A stretch of 63,784 nucleotides of DNA, filler included, from Reticulomyxa filosa (lineage: Eukaryota > Protista > Foraminifera), in NCBI GenBank assembly GCA_000512085.1. It is 25 parts of 25 records of this genome, joined end to end, with 100 filler letters (N's around TTAATTAATTAA, not from the genome) between each part and the next. Parts side by side here need not be neighbours in the genome. Positions count along the whole stretch, not along the records: positions 35,717 to 37,596 come from ASPP01040849.1; positions 37,697 to 39,200 come from ASPP01039815.1; positions 39,301 to 48,487 come from ASPP01006093.1; positions 48,588 to 52,999 come from ASPP01009133.1; 21 more parts are not named here. One strand, given 5' to 3'. The position numbers and the translations under genes were made by a program. Below the pieces are notes generated by a model. The model did no database searches, had not been told where the DNA came from, and saw only the letters and a list, made by a program, of their open reading frames with translations. Of this stretch, positions 36,501 through 50,054 are shown in pieces. Each line of letters starts with the position of its first letter. Within the stretch, counting starts at the first letter, position 1.

Positions 36501-39352
36501 TTATGTATTATTGTAGTATCTTTGACATACAAATACATATATACAATAATAGAATGAATGTGTTAAATGTAAAGCTGCAATGAAGCAGATTGAACAGTGT
36601 AAATGTGAAAACTATAAAATTTTTTAATACCTTTTTTTCTTTAAGAGTTTATGGCAATATGTTATATTAATAATATAACAAACGAATATGTTCAAACTTT
36701 GCTTTGTATATTCGAGTGAAATTGAATAGCATTACTAGTTCGTCAAATATGCTATTGCGTCAGCAGTGTAAATGACGAAATAGCACAAACTTAATGATTA
36801 GACTGAAATAATTATTTAGCTAAATCAATGATAACCAGATAAGAAAAAGTGATCGAAGCATTACGACACATATTATCTCACAATGCATAATGACCAGACA
36901 ATATTAACAACCAGATAATCATGAATGAAGCGAATAAAATGTAGCAGCACAAACATCCGACTATTCATGCGCAGCCTGATTGAAGCAAAGTCATTTGAAA
37001 AGATTTTGATCCACAAGTCGGAAGCTCACCATAGCATATTTATTTTCAGAATCATTACTGGCAAAGTGGGGCTGAATGGTTTAATGTTCAAAGTCACACT
37101 AAAACATTGGAACACTTCATGATATAATGCACACATTATGAATAGCTTATATATGCATGTCGAGCAACGATCAATGCATTGTTGCTGCAGTTGCAATTCG
37201 AGATATCGAACATGCGGAGTTTGGTGGTCGGCGACAATACATGGGACTTTGATACAAGAATCAAAATTGTCAAAAAACTTGCGAAGTTCATTGTGGCAAC
37301 GGGAAGAAAGATTTAAATCAACTTAAAATTTATTTTCTGACATCTATTCAATTTTCTTTATAATATTAGCAGCTTTGTTATTTTTTGTGACAGTTGTAAA
37401 TTTTTTGTTTTCTTTTAAGTGGTGCCATGACCTATTTTGGTCTAGATGCTTAAACTTACTTTTGTTTGCATTTTGGGATATAGTCATTTGGGAAGTCTGC
37501 TGAAGAGACAAAATACGAAAAGTTTTTACTCAAAAAGAGATCTGTTTTCGACAAAACAAAAGTAAATGGAAGATGAATAACACAATAAAAGAAAGANNNN
37601 NNNNNNNNNNNNNNNNNNNNNNNNNNNNNNNNNNNNNNNNTTAATTAATTAANNNNNNNNNNNNNNNNNNNNNNNNNNNNNNNNNNNNNNNNNNNNTTTG
37701 ATTCTTTGAAACGTGGAATCTTTCACATAATTGAATAAGTTCACCTTTTCATATTGACGATGTCATCTAGGCATTTGTATTTCGGAACGATTCTTTGAAT
37801 GCGCATACATCCATAATACTTTGGTTGACTCCTTCGCACTAAGTGTTGAGTTGTAAGAATATATCGATGTTCCACTGATAATAACACACATATCGCCTCC
37901 CCGACATCTATAACAAATAATTTCTTGGACCAAGTAATTAGGCTTGATCATTTGACGCGTAGTTCTTTGATGGCATTGCACAACAGATTAGTCGCATTTT
38001 TTTCTTCCAATGTGAAACACTTTCAGAGCACATGCAAGACTTTTCTCTATATGTACAATACACCACGTTGCTCAAGCACTTGCAAGGCTTCGGTTCCATG
38101 TCCTCTTAGTCTATGTATCGCAAACAAATGTCTTGATAACAACTTTCTATTTTTATCTTCAATTTGTTTTTTTTAAATTTTTTAAAATTCAAAACCAATG
38201 TATCATCAATACTTGTTGTCACTGGAACAGTTACAGCATTCATCACAATATCTTACGATATGTTCATCGACATCCATTAAATGCCGACCGATCTCTTTGA
38301 ATGCATCGGATCTTTCCCTTTTTTCTTGTTGACGCTTCCACACGCACATCTACGTATACTTTCTTTGCCATTTGCCGCCTATATTTCAAAAAAACGCTTA
38401 TTTTAGGATTGAAAAAAAAATGAGGAAATACACTAGGATATTATGTGAAGTGAGAAGAATTCTGAAGGAGATGATTTTTTTTGTTATTGGAACTTGTTTT
38501 TGTGCTATTCGTGTCGTCGTCTTCAATGTCTATTTTTTTATTTTAAACAATTCAATATAAAAAAAGATTTATATTTGTTTATTCCACTTAACTATCCATT
38601 TGGTATCCGCATGAATAACAATTTTTGGAGCATAGCTCCAACTTAAACAAAATATAAAAAATTACATTCAATTTTATTTTTATTTTTCTTCTTTTTTTTT
38701 ACTATATTTTTTCTTTTTATTTTTTCTTCTTACAACGTTTTCATTTTTTTTTTCTTTTATTATTATTATTTCAATCACAATCTTTTATTTTTTTCTTATC
38801 TAATTATATAAAAACATTTTTTTTCTCATTTCTTTTTCCACCCTTTTTTTATCTATCATTTCCTTTTTTTTCATTCTTATTTTTTCTATTGTTTCCCATC
38901 CCCCTTTTTTCATATTATTTCCTTTTGCTTCCCCTCCCACTTTCTACAATTTCCTTTCTTAAAAATAGTCGAATACCTTTGTTTTTTTTTTGTAGCTGGT
39001 GCATCTATAACACAAGCAGATTTATTTTTTACATTTTTAAAGAACAACATAAAAAATATATATACCTGTTGTTAGTGGAGATCAAGTTCCAATTCACATT
39101 TCCTGGTACAAACACTCAAAGCAATTTTTTTTATATTTGTATAGGGGGGGGGGGACAAAAAAAACAACATATATTTCTTTGATGGGGGAATTCCTATTAT
39201 NNNNNNNNNNNNNNNNNNNNNNNNNNNNNNNNNNNNNNNNNNNNTTAATTAATTAANNNNNNNNNNNNNNNNNNNNNNNNNNNNNNNNNNNNNNNNNNNN
39301 GGGGGGGAGGAATAGTATAAAAAATCCTTGCTTAGCAAACAGTAGCAGTGAA

Positions 39353-40847
39353 CCCAACCGATTGCAATTGATATTGGCAAGCTCTGTTCGACCGCATCCG
39401 TGGCTTGACAGCGATGAAAAGATAGAGGAAATGCTTCGAGAGAGAGTAAGCGAAAATGTCCCGGCGACGGATAACAGTAACAGCGAATCCAAGAGTGCCT
39501 CTGTCGACAATGCCTCTGCAACCACGACGACTGCCGACGCGAATAACACGAATTCCACCAATGCCTCCTCTTCTGTCTCCACGTCGACCACTGCTGCAAC
39601 CACAGCCACCTCTGCCTCCACCGCTCCAAATTCCGTCGATCTTGCCCTTCAATTGCATGCATTACAACAAACTCTGAAGAAGAAACTCGTGTTAAGAACA
39701 AAACACACAAACACACCGTAATTATTGTGATGTTGCAATACAATATACATTTTATAAACACGTACATATATGTTTATATAAATATATAAATATATATGTG
39801 TATTACGTATGTGCAAATTCTATTGCAAAGTATTTTGAGCAAAAAAATATATATATAAAATGATTGAAACAAATATTACAGGGAAATTGACAACTTAAAA
39901 GATGAATTGCGTATCTTGCGTGAAACCACGAAAAATTTGGACAAACACGCAAACAAAGACGTGACAGAAGAAAAGACACCATCAAAGCCTAGTCCTACCA
40001 AGCCAAAAGATGCTGAAGCGACAAAGTTGACATCATGATCCATCACAAATAAACCATTTGTAAACTGTGTGGAGACCATACTTTGTTTTAAAAATGTTTA
40101 AAAACAAACAAACAAAGGGACACAAAGCCAGCACGTACTATTGTATTAGATGCAATACTTGAATCTCAGGTATTTTTGTGTCTGTGTATGTTAATTTTTT
40201 TGAAATGTTGCCATAATAATAATAATAAGATAGTAATACACAATGATAAAAAAAAGTTGTCTCGTTTAGGTTTGCCAAGTGGTCGTGCAAATGCAGGTAA
40301 TCATGTAAACGAAATTACAAATGAATTAGTCACACTGAGCGCAAGACAATCACAAGCTTTACAATGGCTCTCCAATGGAGACATTAAAAACAAAAAAGAA
40401 CAAGTCGAAACGAAGACAAGTAATTCGAACGAAAGTGGTGGAGTAGCGACAAATGGCAATGGTAGTGGTGGCATTTGGGATCATGTGTCGTTACAATCCT
40501 TACAAGCCATGTATGATAAATTAGACATACTACTGAAACAATGTGGTGAGATCACTTCCCAAGTTGCAGTGCTCAAGACAACTTGTTTGAAATACATTTC
40601 CAAGAAACAAGACGATTGGGAAAATTGGAACGCTGACGAGGTCGTTGATTGGATTTCCGCCATTGAAAATAATAGATTTTCAAAATACGACAATCATCTA
40701 AGAGAGATTTTGAGTCGCCAACGTTTTGCTGGTAAAGATATGAAAACACTTAAATTTGATGGTTTGTCGGCTCTCGGAATTGATGATTATGATGACGCGG
40801 ATGTTTTGATGAATTCTATTGAAATGTTAGTCAAAACTGTGCCTTGA
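39353..40847 (+). CDS. Coiled-coil + C-terminal SAM-domain protein (multi-exon, 5' partial)
   Basis: WENWNADEVVDWISAI...FSKY...FAGKDMKTLKFDGLSALGIDDYDDADVLMNSI SAM pattern; Ser/Thr-rich upstream exon. Confidence 0.7.
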
Positions 40848-41246
40848 TTTTCATTTTTGGTGCTTTTGTTGTGTTTTTGAAATTCCCTATAATTAGGATT
40901 ATCTGAGTTCTTCAATACTGTTGCAATGTTTCATGAAGTGGATGTTGTTGTAAATTGTTCGCCTCTTCTTTTTACTTTGCGACGAAAATTGCTTTTTTTT
41001 TTTTTTCGATACAGATTCCATCCATTGAATTTTACTCAGAAAACAAAATTTCTTTGCTCAATTGGTACATTTTGAATGTGTAAAATAATTCACGAAGAAA
41101 TCTTTTTAACTGGACACTTTTTAAGTCATTTGGATATTCCCTTGTTTCCTTTAAAAAAAACCAACTTAAAACTATGAAAAAACTGGTTTTTCAGTCGTTG
41201 AACGTTTACCTTGTTTCTTGATTTATAACTGACATTAACAAGGAAT

Positions 41247-41903
41247 ATGGGCAACCAAAAAAGCAAAGATAGAAAAGCTACTAAAAAACAGTTACAGATA
41301 ATTCCTTTTGAGTCCTTCAACACAAAAGACGAAGACTGGAACCGTTTTACTGACGAGTACTGGAGTAAAGCAGTGATAGTGTTGTCTGACAGCGAAAAAC
41401 GATCAAATTTAGGAATAGTAGTTCGATATTGTGTACAGTATGGTAACCTAACATTGTTAAAATGGTATTGTTTAACAGATTTGTTTGGATTACAATATTG
41501 GAAAAGAGAGCACTTGAAAGAAGCGTTGGTTGCAAATATAGTTGCGGGGAAGGGATGGGGAAAATTTGCAGCGATCAAAGTGATGGTGAGCTATGGAGTC
41601 CCTCATATAGTGAGACCTGAAGAACTTACATTGGAATCTGGATATCAGTTTAAAGACTATCAAAATGGATCTGTACAACACTTTGGCGATTTTTTTAACG
41701 AAATAGTCGATTTGGGCATGCAGGAGTGTGCTGGCAGCATTGTTTCAAGTAGAGAGGGCCTACATGCTTTTAATCGAGAATTTATGGCAGATTCTTTGCC
41801 TAATGACGTTTTGTACGTAATTCTTACTTTTGTTGGTGGGGGCAGGGACTTCAAGTCCATCCTCGAAATGGACAAAGAGGGAAGGCCTGACCCATCCTCG
41901 TAA
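41247..41903 (+). CDS. Hypothetical protein with N-myristoylation motif, ankyrin-like helices and a C-terminal F-box/SOCS-like motif
   Basis: Intact 218-aa intronless ORF; MGNQKSK; CVQYGNLTLLKWY; SLPNDVLYVILTF. Confidence 0.7.
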   Translation: MGNQKSKDRKATKKQLQIIPFESFNTKDEDWNRFTDEYWSKAVIVLSDSEKRSNLGIVVRYCVQYGNLTLLKWYCLTDLFGLQYWKREHLKEALVANIVAGKGWGKFAAIKVMVSYGVPHIVRPEELTLESGYQFKDYQNGSVQHFGDFFNEIVDLGMQECAGSIVSSREGLHAFNREFMADSLPNDVLYVILTFVGGGRDFKSILEMDKEGRPDPSS

Positions 41904-42384
41904 CAGACTCATACTTTTTAAAAAAACTGTAGTATCTTCTTGGCAATAACAAATTACAAAACGACATTACAATAAATTGTAAATATGATTAACAATAAAT
42001 TTTAAAATCTTCGAAATATAAGATCAATACATGCAAGTATTTTATTGTCCTTTTTCTGTTTAAAACATTTCAAAGCTGGATTTTTTTCTACTTCAAGTCA
42101 ACAAAATTGTGAAGTAAAACATAAGAGGCTTTTTGCAAGCCAGGCACTCATTAAAAAATTTAAACGATAGAATTCAAAAAAGTTTTGTTTTGAACAATTG
42201 CATTTGAAATATCTATTTTCGGAAAGAAATTATTCGGGAACGAAAGTTTGGACATGCTCGATAATATGTTGAAACGATACTAACAAGTCTGTTAACGTGT
42301 TTGAAACTTCTGTTTTCATTTTATTTTGATATTTTTCTGTTTTTTTGACGCTTTCTTCAGATTTTTCGTCCACTTCTTCTTGCT

Positions 42385-45269
42385 CTATAACAACAATGCA
42401 TACTTTTGTTTGGAATCTCTTTTGTTCTCAAAAACTACTTCCAAGCTCTTTATTTTAAAACCTGGTTGCTTTTCATCTTGCGGGTCACTGGTATGTTGTA
42501 TGATATCGAATTCCTCAGAAGTGGGTGGCACATCGTCTTCAAACACAAAAACAAGCGAGTGAAACACGACGGAGGGGGCTTTAATTAAAAAACACAAAAC
42601 TTTTCAGTTGGGAAATAATTTGTTGTGAAATGGAAGAAATTCGCAAAGCAACACAATTGAGCGAAGCGTACATAATATAATAATAGTTTGGGTTTGGAGC
42701 TGGAGCTGCTTGTGCTGCATCCACAAGTTTAACAACTGTTTCACGCAGAGGAGCGATGACCGCTTTGTCACGAAACTCAGAGAGTTCGTCCAACCACTAT
42801 TCAATTATTCAACCAAAAGAAATCAATGCAAAGAATAAAAAAGGCTTTTTAAACAAATAAACAAAAAATACACAAATGAATTAACTGAAAACAAAGTTTT
42901 CACACGAAAATCCCATTTGAGTGATAACCTCTTTCTTCGCCTAAATTGAGAAATAATGATAATAGATAAGTCTGCTAATTGTTTAATCATTTCACGACTC
43001 CAAAACAGGTACTGCAAAGTGCAATATGCATACATAGTCGTATTTTGTGTTATAATTTAAATGTAACAGAACAATTCCAAAAACAACGAACCTTTTGCCG
43101 CAAATCCACAGCCCGAAATGCTTTGAATATTTCCTCTATTGTCAATTCTTTGTCTTGTTTTTGTTCTTTGGCTGCACTCTGCTGTGCTTTTGCAAACTCT
43201 CTTCGGTGACACAAGGGCACATGTTACAATAAAATTGGAAAGGGACTTGACATGAGAGAAAAAAAAGTAGGTCAACTCAACTGCTTCTCGTTGAGTATTG
43301 CCCAAAGTTTTTTTCGTTTTTCTACATTTTCGTCTTGTAGCTTACACGTTCCATGCAAACGTACTTAAACAATATCTGCGCTGTCAACTGGCTTTGGTCT
43401 GACATGGACGGCTAATTCGCCGTAATAGCTCTAGTTTTCAGTTGTTTTTTTTGTCATCGTATTTGAATGTCTATTTTTATAGTAACCTTTTTTAGTAAAA
43501 CATAGTACATATCGTTAAAGAAGTATAACTCCTGGTTTTTGATTTGCACAAAATGCAATGACAATTTCAATGTTGTCTTTGGGCAATAATGAAAACTTTG
43601 TTGGATGGCAACAAAAGAATACAAAGGATGGGAAGCCTTCCTTACAGAAAGGCTCGATTTTTTTAATATGAATAATTAGCGCAGTCGTCCCATTGTTTGT
43701 CAATATCAGCGGTTTTTTTTGTAACTGACCCGCTTCTGTTTCAAACTCAATGCACTTACAAGAGATACATAACCTGGGCCCGGTGATAGTGTTGGTCTCG
43801 TTTCTTTGTATTATATTTCCCCCATTGATACGTAGTACTTCATATGCCACACATACACAAATTTTTTTTTTCTTACTTTGGAGCCAGTTGAGATGGCAAA
43901 GAGTTTTCCAAAATTTCAACATTTTGATTCGTTTTATGTTCAGAAGAATAGCCTGGAAGATTATAACTAGAAGAGAACAAATCCATTCCGACTATTTCAA
44001 GTTCTTCAATATCGTTCAACTGAAAGGACAACAACAGAAAATTAGTAACGTATATAATTCCTTTTTGGTCATTTTTTTTTTTCTCTTTTTAGGTAACAAA
44101 GATTGCCATTCAACTAAAGTGGAAACATTTAAATGCCTTAATCTTTTGTTTTTTGGACGTTGAAAAGGACTAGCTCTACACTCCACTGATTTGTCTGGGA
44201 AAGGAGCTGTTGATTCCAAGTTTCTTCTCGTTAGTTTTGGGATATTTATATCATTGTTTTGTGGCAAAGCTTGCAATGAAAGTGAAGACAATGGTTTTGG
44301 TTTACGAATGATTTGTTTTGTAGGTTGATGTGATGTCGATTTAATTTTGCAATACAATCCTGAAAATATGTTACCAATTGGAACCATCAACTCGGTTTCC
44401 AGTTCATTATTTCGTAGAGAAGATTCCCACTGATGTAATGTCAAACCGTTTTTGGAGATTGGATCTCTCGTTGAGCCAAGTCCTTCCACTCTTTCGCGAT
44501 ATTTCTCTCCACGAGTGATCGTAAGGTCATTTTCACTCTGTGCGTATGATCAACCCAAACACAACAAAACAATATGTTGCAAATTTTGTTTCTTTTAGTC
44601 CTTGTTAGCTCGTTTTCAACTTTACGGCAATCCTTTGCAATTTTTTTTTTAATTCTCTCCATTCTCTTTCTTGGTTGCACCATTTTTTAAGGGTCTTCTG
44701 TTCACGGGTTAGTCTTTGGCTCGACATGTGTGGATAATTCGTTTCTAATTCTTTTGTTTTTTCGTCAACACTGCTACAGTTCTTTAAACACACACCCGCA
44801 CAGCAATATGCGTGCCAAAGAGAAACAAAAACATTTGTACTTGTTGTTTGTTCATTGAAGTATTGTTATTTCCCGTTTGCTTTGTCCTGAAAGAAAAAGT
44901 TGTTTCAAGAATATTGCAATGCTCGATTTTTCTTGACGCTTCTGGCATTAACGAATTTATTGCAACATTTTTTGTTATTTTCTCAATTTTAAGTTGTTTA
45001 ATGTGACATATTTTAAGAAAACATTATGACATTGGAGAAAAAAATTGACAAATATTACATTTTTCATAATCTTAGTTTATTTGTTTGTGAAGGATCAAAC
45101 AATTCAAAAAATTCATGTTCCCTAAAGAGATTGGACCGAAAGAGAAAGCAAGTCTGTTTTTTAAATTTTCCATTACACGGTCCCGCTTCCTAAGTGCTGA
45201 CGTCATTTCTTTGACAATAACATAAGGCTTACGTAATAATACATGTGAAATAATTCCAAGAATCGGCAC
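42385..45269 (-). CDS. MYCBP-associated protein (MYCBPAP)-like; multi-exon, boundaries approximate
   Basis: TLKKWCNQEREWREL, spliced SENDLTITRGEKYRERVE, WESSLR...VPIGNIFSGLYC, and Ig/ASH-like IEFETEAGQLQKKPLILTNNGTTAL...FSLLPKD. Confidence 0.6.
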
Positions 45270-45828
45270 TACAATTTAACTAAAGATTGTAAAGAGCAAA
45301 TCCAAATTAATTGATTTCCATTTTTCTTTTTAAATAAATTTTATCCATTGAACTACAACAGATCTCAACAAGTTTTCAACATTCAAAAATTGTTTAAGCT
45401 CAGGTTATTCGTAAAAATATACTCTATTGTAAACAAACAAATAATGCGCTAAAAACATGTTTTGTGCTATTTTGTTGCACAAAAAATACCAAAAAATAAA
45501 GATAATACAGAATACGCTTTTTTGAATGAGTAAGTTTGATAATATCATTAAAAAGAAGTGAAATTACATGAAATAACTACACAACAAGGAGAAAAAATAA
45601 CATGATCGTTGTCTGACCACACGATTTACAGTGCTTTGCAAAAACAAAGTGGATTTTTGTTAAAAAAAATTGCCCGTGCCATTTGTTTTTTGTAAAGCGA
45701 TTGTTGATTATCTTCATTTTATCCATTTCTACTTTTGTTTGCATTTTTGTATAATCTTTTATGCTACTAATATTTATTATGTATTAAACGATCTTTTTTC
45801 TTTTGTCAAGTTTGGTATGATGGCAGGA

Positions 45829-47605
45829 CTACAGTACCAATGGCATAGCATTGGGAATGACTTCGATTAGCAAAGGGGTTTGCAACCCGATTTCTCCATC
45901 AACACCAACAGCACTGTCGAGTCCTTGGTAAGGAACCAATTCGCACTTTTTGCAACGAAGGTACAAAAGACCATTGTTATCAAAGGTGGATTTCAAAAAC
46001 GACTCTCCAGTGGGCAGCTTGTTAAACAAAGACGCAGTGCTCATGCGTGTGGTTCGACACAATAAAGCAATGTCCATAAACTCGGAATCCATTTTTGCGA
46101 AAGGACAAATCATTAACCCTTTTCCAAAATATTTGCCATTCAACGCAGCAAAGACAGCCAAGTCCAAGTCGATGACAAACTTTCCGTCGTCGATGTTGAG
46201 CGTTACAAAACGCGAAGAAAACTTTAGAATTTGGTATACGGCGCACACGTCATAGCGTGAACCGCCAAAGACATTGCGCATGAATGGGTGATTCGAGTCC
46301 GCCGCCGTGTCGCTGGGAATGCCCCAGTACACCATCGACGACGCATACATTAATTGCCTTTCTTATCCACTGTTTTCAAACACGATAAGTTTTTTATTTC
46401 GTAATCTCCGGACAATACTTTTTCCAGATATTTGTTACTATCCTTTTATTTATTCATTTTTTTTTGTCAGATTAGCACAAGATTTGAACAAGTTTTTTAA
46501 TTCAACACAGTTACATATATATATGTAAATCCTCACGTGAATTCCAATGGTCTTAATCAACGAATTACCAGTCCCACCACTGACATACATAACCTTTTGA
46601 GTATACTTTCCGGTGGCATACCCATTTACAAACTCCCTTTATTTTCCCCCCCCCAGTGGTCATTATGATTGTGACATTATTATTAGTTGCAATCGTAAAT
46701 GTACGTATACATACAAATGTAATGTATTTCTTCTCTTTCTCTCTCTCTCTCTCTGTTTTGTGGAATGAGAAATAAAACGGACAGAAAATGTACCAGTACG
46801 TGCCATCCCCGCCCACGACAATGAAAGTGTCGACATTCATTTCATTGTTGATGGCGTCTTGACTCGACAGCAAGTACTCTGTGATCGCCTTTGGCCCTGT
46901 GCTCTCCCAACAAAACACAGTTTTGTCGTGCGACTTCAACAGCGGCATTATCACATTACCGACAATACGCTTGCCCGCCCCTTTGCCACTCACGGGGTTG
47001 TACAACAACAAGATTACAGATATGGGCGGCTTTTCACTATCTTTACTTTCGTTGGGGTCTTGCTTCACCTCCTCCTCTTCTTTCTTTTCGTCTTCAATTC
47101 CTTGCAATTGTATTTGCGCTTGCAATTGGGATTGAGATTCAGGTTGAACTTCAGGTTGGGATTGAGGTTGCAATTGTACTTGAACCTCTGTTTCTTCTTC
47201 TTCTTCTTCTTCTTTTTTTTCCTTTTCTTTTTCTTTTTCGTCCTTTGTTTCTTGCTTTTGCTGCTCTAATTCTTCTTCCTTTTTTTTCCTTTCTTTCACT
47301 CGTGCTTTTTCATCTGCACTCAAAAACGCACTCGCTGCCCCCTCTGGGATCTTCTCTAGAGCTGACAAATTCACGCAGCCCGTTTGCGTGTAATCGTCAC
47401 ACTCAATGTCTTGCACTGGAACTCCTTGAGACACAAACGTCCCACTTACGTGCTTCTTTTGAGGGGTCCACTTGTAACTTTCCACGTCTTCCAGCCTGTC
47501 GTCTTCTGAATTCATCTTTTCCGCAAAATTCCCGTCTTCAGCCTTCTCCTCATCTTTCTTTTCTGAAGACATTGTCTCATTTGAATTTTTAACACAAGAA
47601 AACAT
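45829..47605 (-). CDS. Diacylglycerol/sphingosine kinase family (DAGKc) lipid kinase with acidic N-terminal extension
   Basis: LLYNPVSGKGAG, VVGGDGT, (spliced) GGTGN, NGKYFGKGL and VDGE motifs; several introns between ~46370 and 46795. Confidence 0.88.
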
Positions 47606-47820
47606 GTGAAAATACGAATTTTTTTTTTTTTAAAGAACGTCAAAAGTTCAACTATAACCATCACAACAAAATTACAAAACTTCAATAAAAAAATCCACCC
47701 ACCAAATTTCAAACAAAACAAATCTTCATAACGTCAACACAAGATCAAAAACAAAACAAAAGTTTAAAAAAAAGGACAAAGCAAAACTAAAAAAAAACAA
47801 ATAACTAACAAAATTGAATG

Positions 47821-48012
47821 GGGGAGGCCAGTTTGCTGTCTTAACAGCGGCTGGCGGGTGGAGGGCTCCTATTTTGTGGGGGAGCAAAAAATAAAAAATT
47901 ATAATGGCATCACTGAAGTGACCCCATTGTAGGGCAAGGCCCTATAACTATCTGAACGTTGAAGGAACCTGGGAGTCCCCAGTGGGCTAAAACTCCTCAA
48001 CCAACTTCACTT
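47821..48012 (+). ncRNA. Candidate structured RNA of unknown class
   Basis: GC-rich island in AT-rich intergenic DNA with four hairpins and a closing helix; G-U wobble pairs favour the + strand. No family recognised. Confidence 0.4.
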
Positions 48013-48587
48013 ACTCTGTTGTTTTTGTTTCTTCTTTTGTTGAGTTATTCATCTTTCTTTTATTTAATTCACTTTGGTTTTATCGAACATTGGTTTCTTG
48101 AGCAAAACCATTTTCGTATTACATTTAATACAACCTCTTCCAGCTGACGTCCCACACTATTATAATTTTTTATTTTTTATTGTTATATTTTTTGTTTATT
48201 TTTTTTTTTAAATTTACTTTGTCTTTTAAGAATTTTTGATTTTTTTTTATGTTTACAATTATGTATTAATTTGTTTCATAAAAAGAAAGTGTCAATGTGT
48301 TTTCAAATATTTACAACTTTGTTTTTTTATTAGGTTTGAATGTAATTATTTGTTTAATAAAATATTTTTTCATATTATTTTAAAAACAATATATTGTTAA
48401 TATTTTTAAAAATGAAGATTTTTCAATTTTTTTGAAAACTTTTTTTATTGTTTAAATAAAAAAATTATAACTATATTTGAAAACCACNNNNNNNNNNNNN
48501 NNNNNNNNNNNNNNNNNNNNNNNNNNNNNNNTTAATTAATTAANNNNNNNNNNNNNNNNNNNNNNNNNNNNNNNNNNNNNNNNNNNN

Positions 48588-50019
48588 AAAAAAAAAAAAA
48601 AAAAAAAAAAACAATAAATATTTGGTTGTTTTGACACTCTTTTTGCCCAGTACTATTGGAAACAAAAAAGATGCGCACAACAAATACATTTGCTATTGAC
48701 AACGGCATCTTCAAATGGACTGAAATTTACAGCAGATATCCGAAACAATTTCCATGTTGATGTTCCTGACCATTCTGGATTAAGTGAAGCTCTGGTACTG
48801 CTTTTCTTTGTTGTTGTTTTTTTTTTTTTTTTTTTCTCCGAATAAACACTTTTCACATTCAAAAAAAAAAAAAAAAAGATAACGCTATACAAAGTGATAC
48901 ACAACTAATGACAATTAACAATGACAATAATAACAATAAAGATGGAGGTGAATAATAGCCACATGAACCGTTTGCCTGATGATCTGCACACCAAACTAAA
49001 GAATATGCTCACTGCAGTATGGCAAAGCCAACAAGACATGAAAGGCAACGAAGCCAACAAATGGGGCATGCCAGCGAGCTTTGCAAAACATTACTTTGAA
49101 AGCTTGTTTCAATATCGCGTATTAGCCGCAGACCCCGACTGGCGGAGTCGTCATCATTGCTACTGGGACGAACACTTTCAAGGCGAGCAATGGGTGGACC
49201 TATTTTATGATTTGAAAGAAATGGATACGGACAGTTTTTTTTTTGAGCGCTTTGATCCTTCTTCTGAAAAGCTCAAGTTCCTTCAAGCTCATTCCATGTA
49301 CATTCAATCCGACCCTATTTCTTTTCACGACATTCAAGTTTTGCAAACAAAGATAAAAATATATAAATAAAAATAAATAAAATTTTTTAAAAATAACAGC
49401 AATTATATATATATATATATACCTATGTATATAATTGTTGTTTAATAGTTCAAACTCACAGCTCAAATGTATCGCTCAAATGAGGAAATTAAGAAAGACT
49501 TGCAACAGGTATTTAACAACTTTGAGAAAATTTGTGTGCGGTCGTCCGAGCACTTAAAATTGCTACAAGTCTTACAAACCAAGTATTTTGTGAGGGCTCA
49601 TGAAATTGAGACATTGGAAAAAGCCAGCGTAAAAAGTACCGTCGGAAGCATTGATTTCAATGATTGTGGACCTCAGACAATGCCAGAGTTCCCCAATCAA
49701 CCGAAAACTCTCGACGAATGCATTCAAGTACATAATCCTTGTCCTTTAAAAGAGCGAATCGAATTGAAGCATGAAAAAATCGATAAGATCGAAATTGAAA
49801 AGATACTTGATGAAAAAATGGTCGAAACTATTTGTGAAGGTGTAATACGCTTGCTTCTGGTCAAGTACAAAAAATATGAAAAGCCTACGTGGGAAAGCTA
49901 CGAAGACGTTGTGCGCTATTTTCCAAAAGAAATTTCTCGGTATTTTGAGCTCAAAGTTTAATCCTACTATAACAATACATTCTTATGTATTTATATGCAA
50001 TGCTTCTACATATTTGTGC

Positions 50020-50054
<35 letters not shown>

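Noticed and set aside
36925-37326. Kinesin-like remnant (HSIFIFRI...GK)
   Set aside because: SSRSH and LVDLAGSE are absent; too weak to call. At most it is a decayed coding fragment.
47905-48153. RNase MRP/P RNA, TPP/glycine/cobalamin riboswitch, hammerhead or HDV ribozyme
   Set aside because: Only fragments match; required cores are missing (GAAAGUCCCC on the same strand as a CR-V, UGAGA, CUGANGA/GAAA, or the HDV L3 loop).
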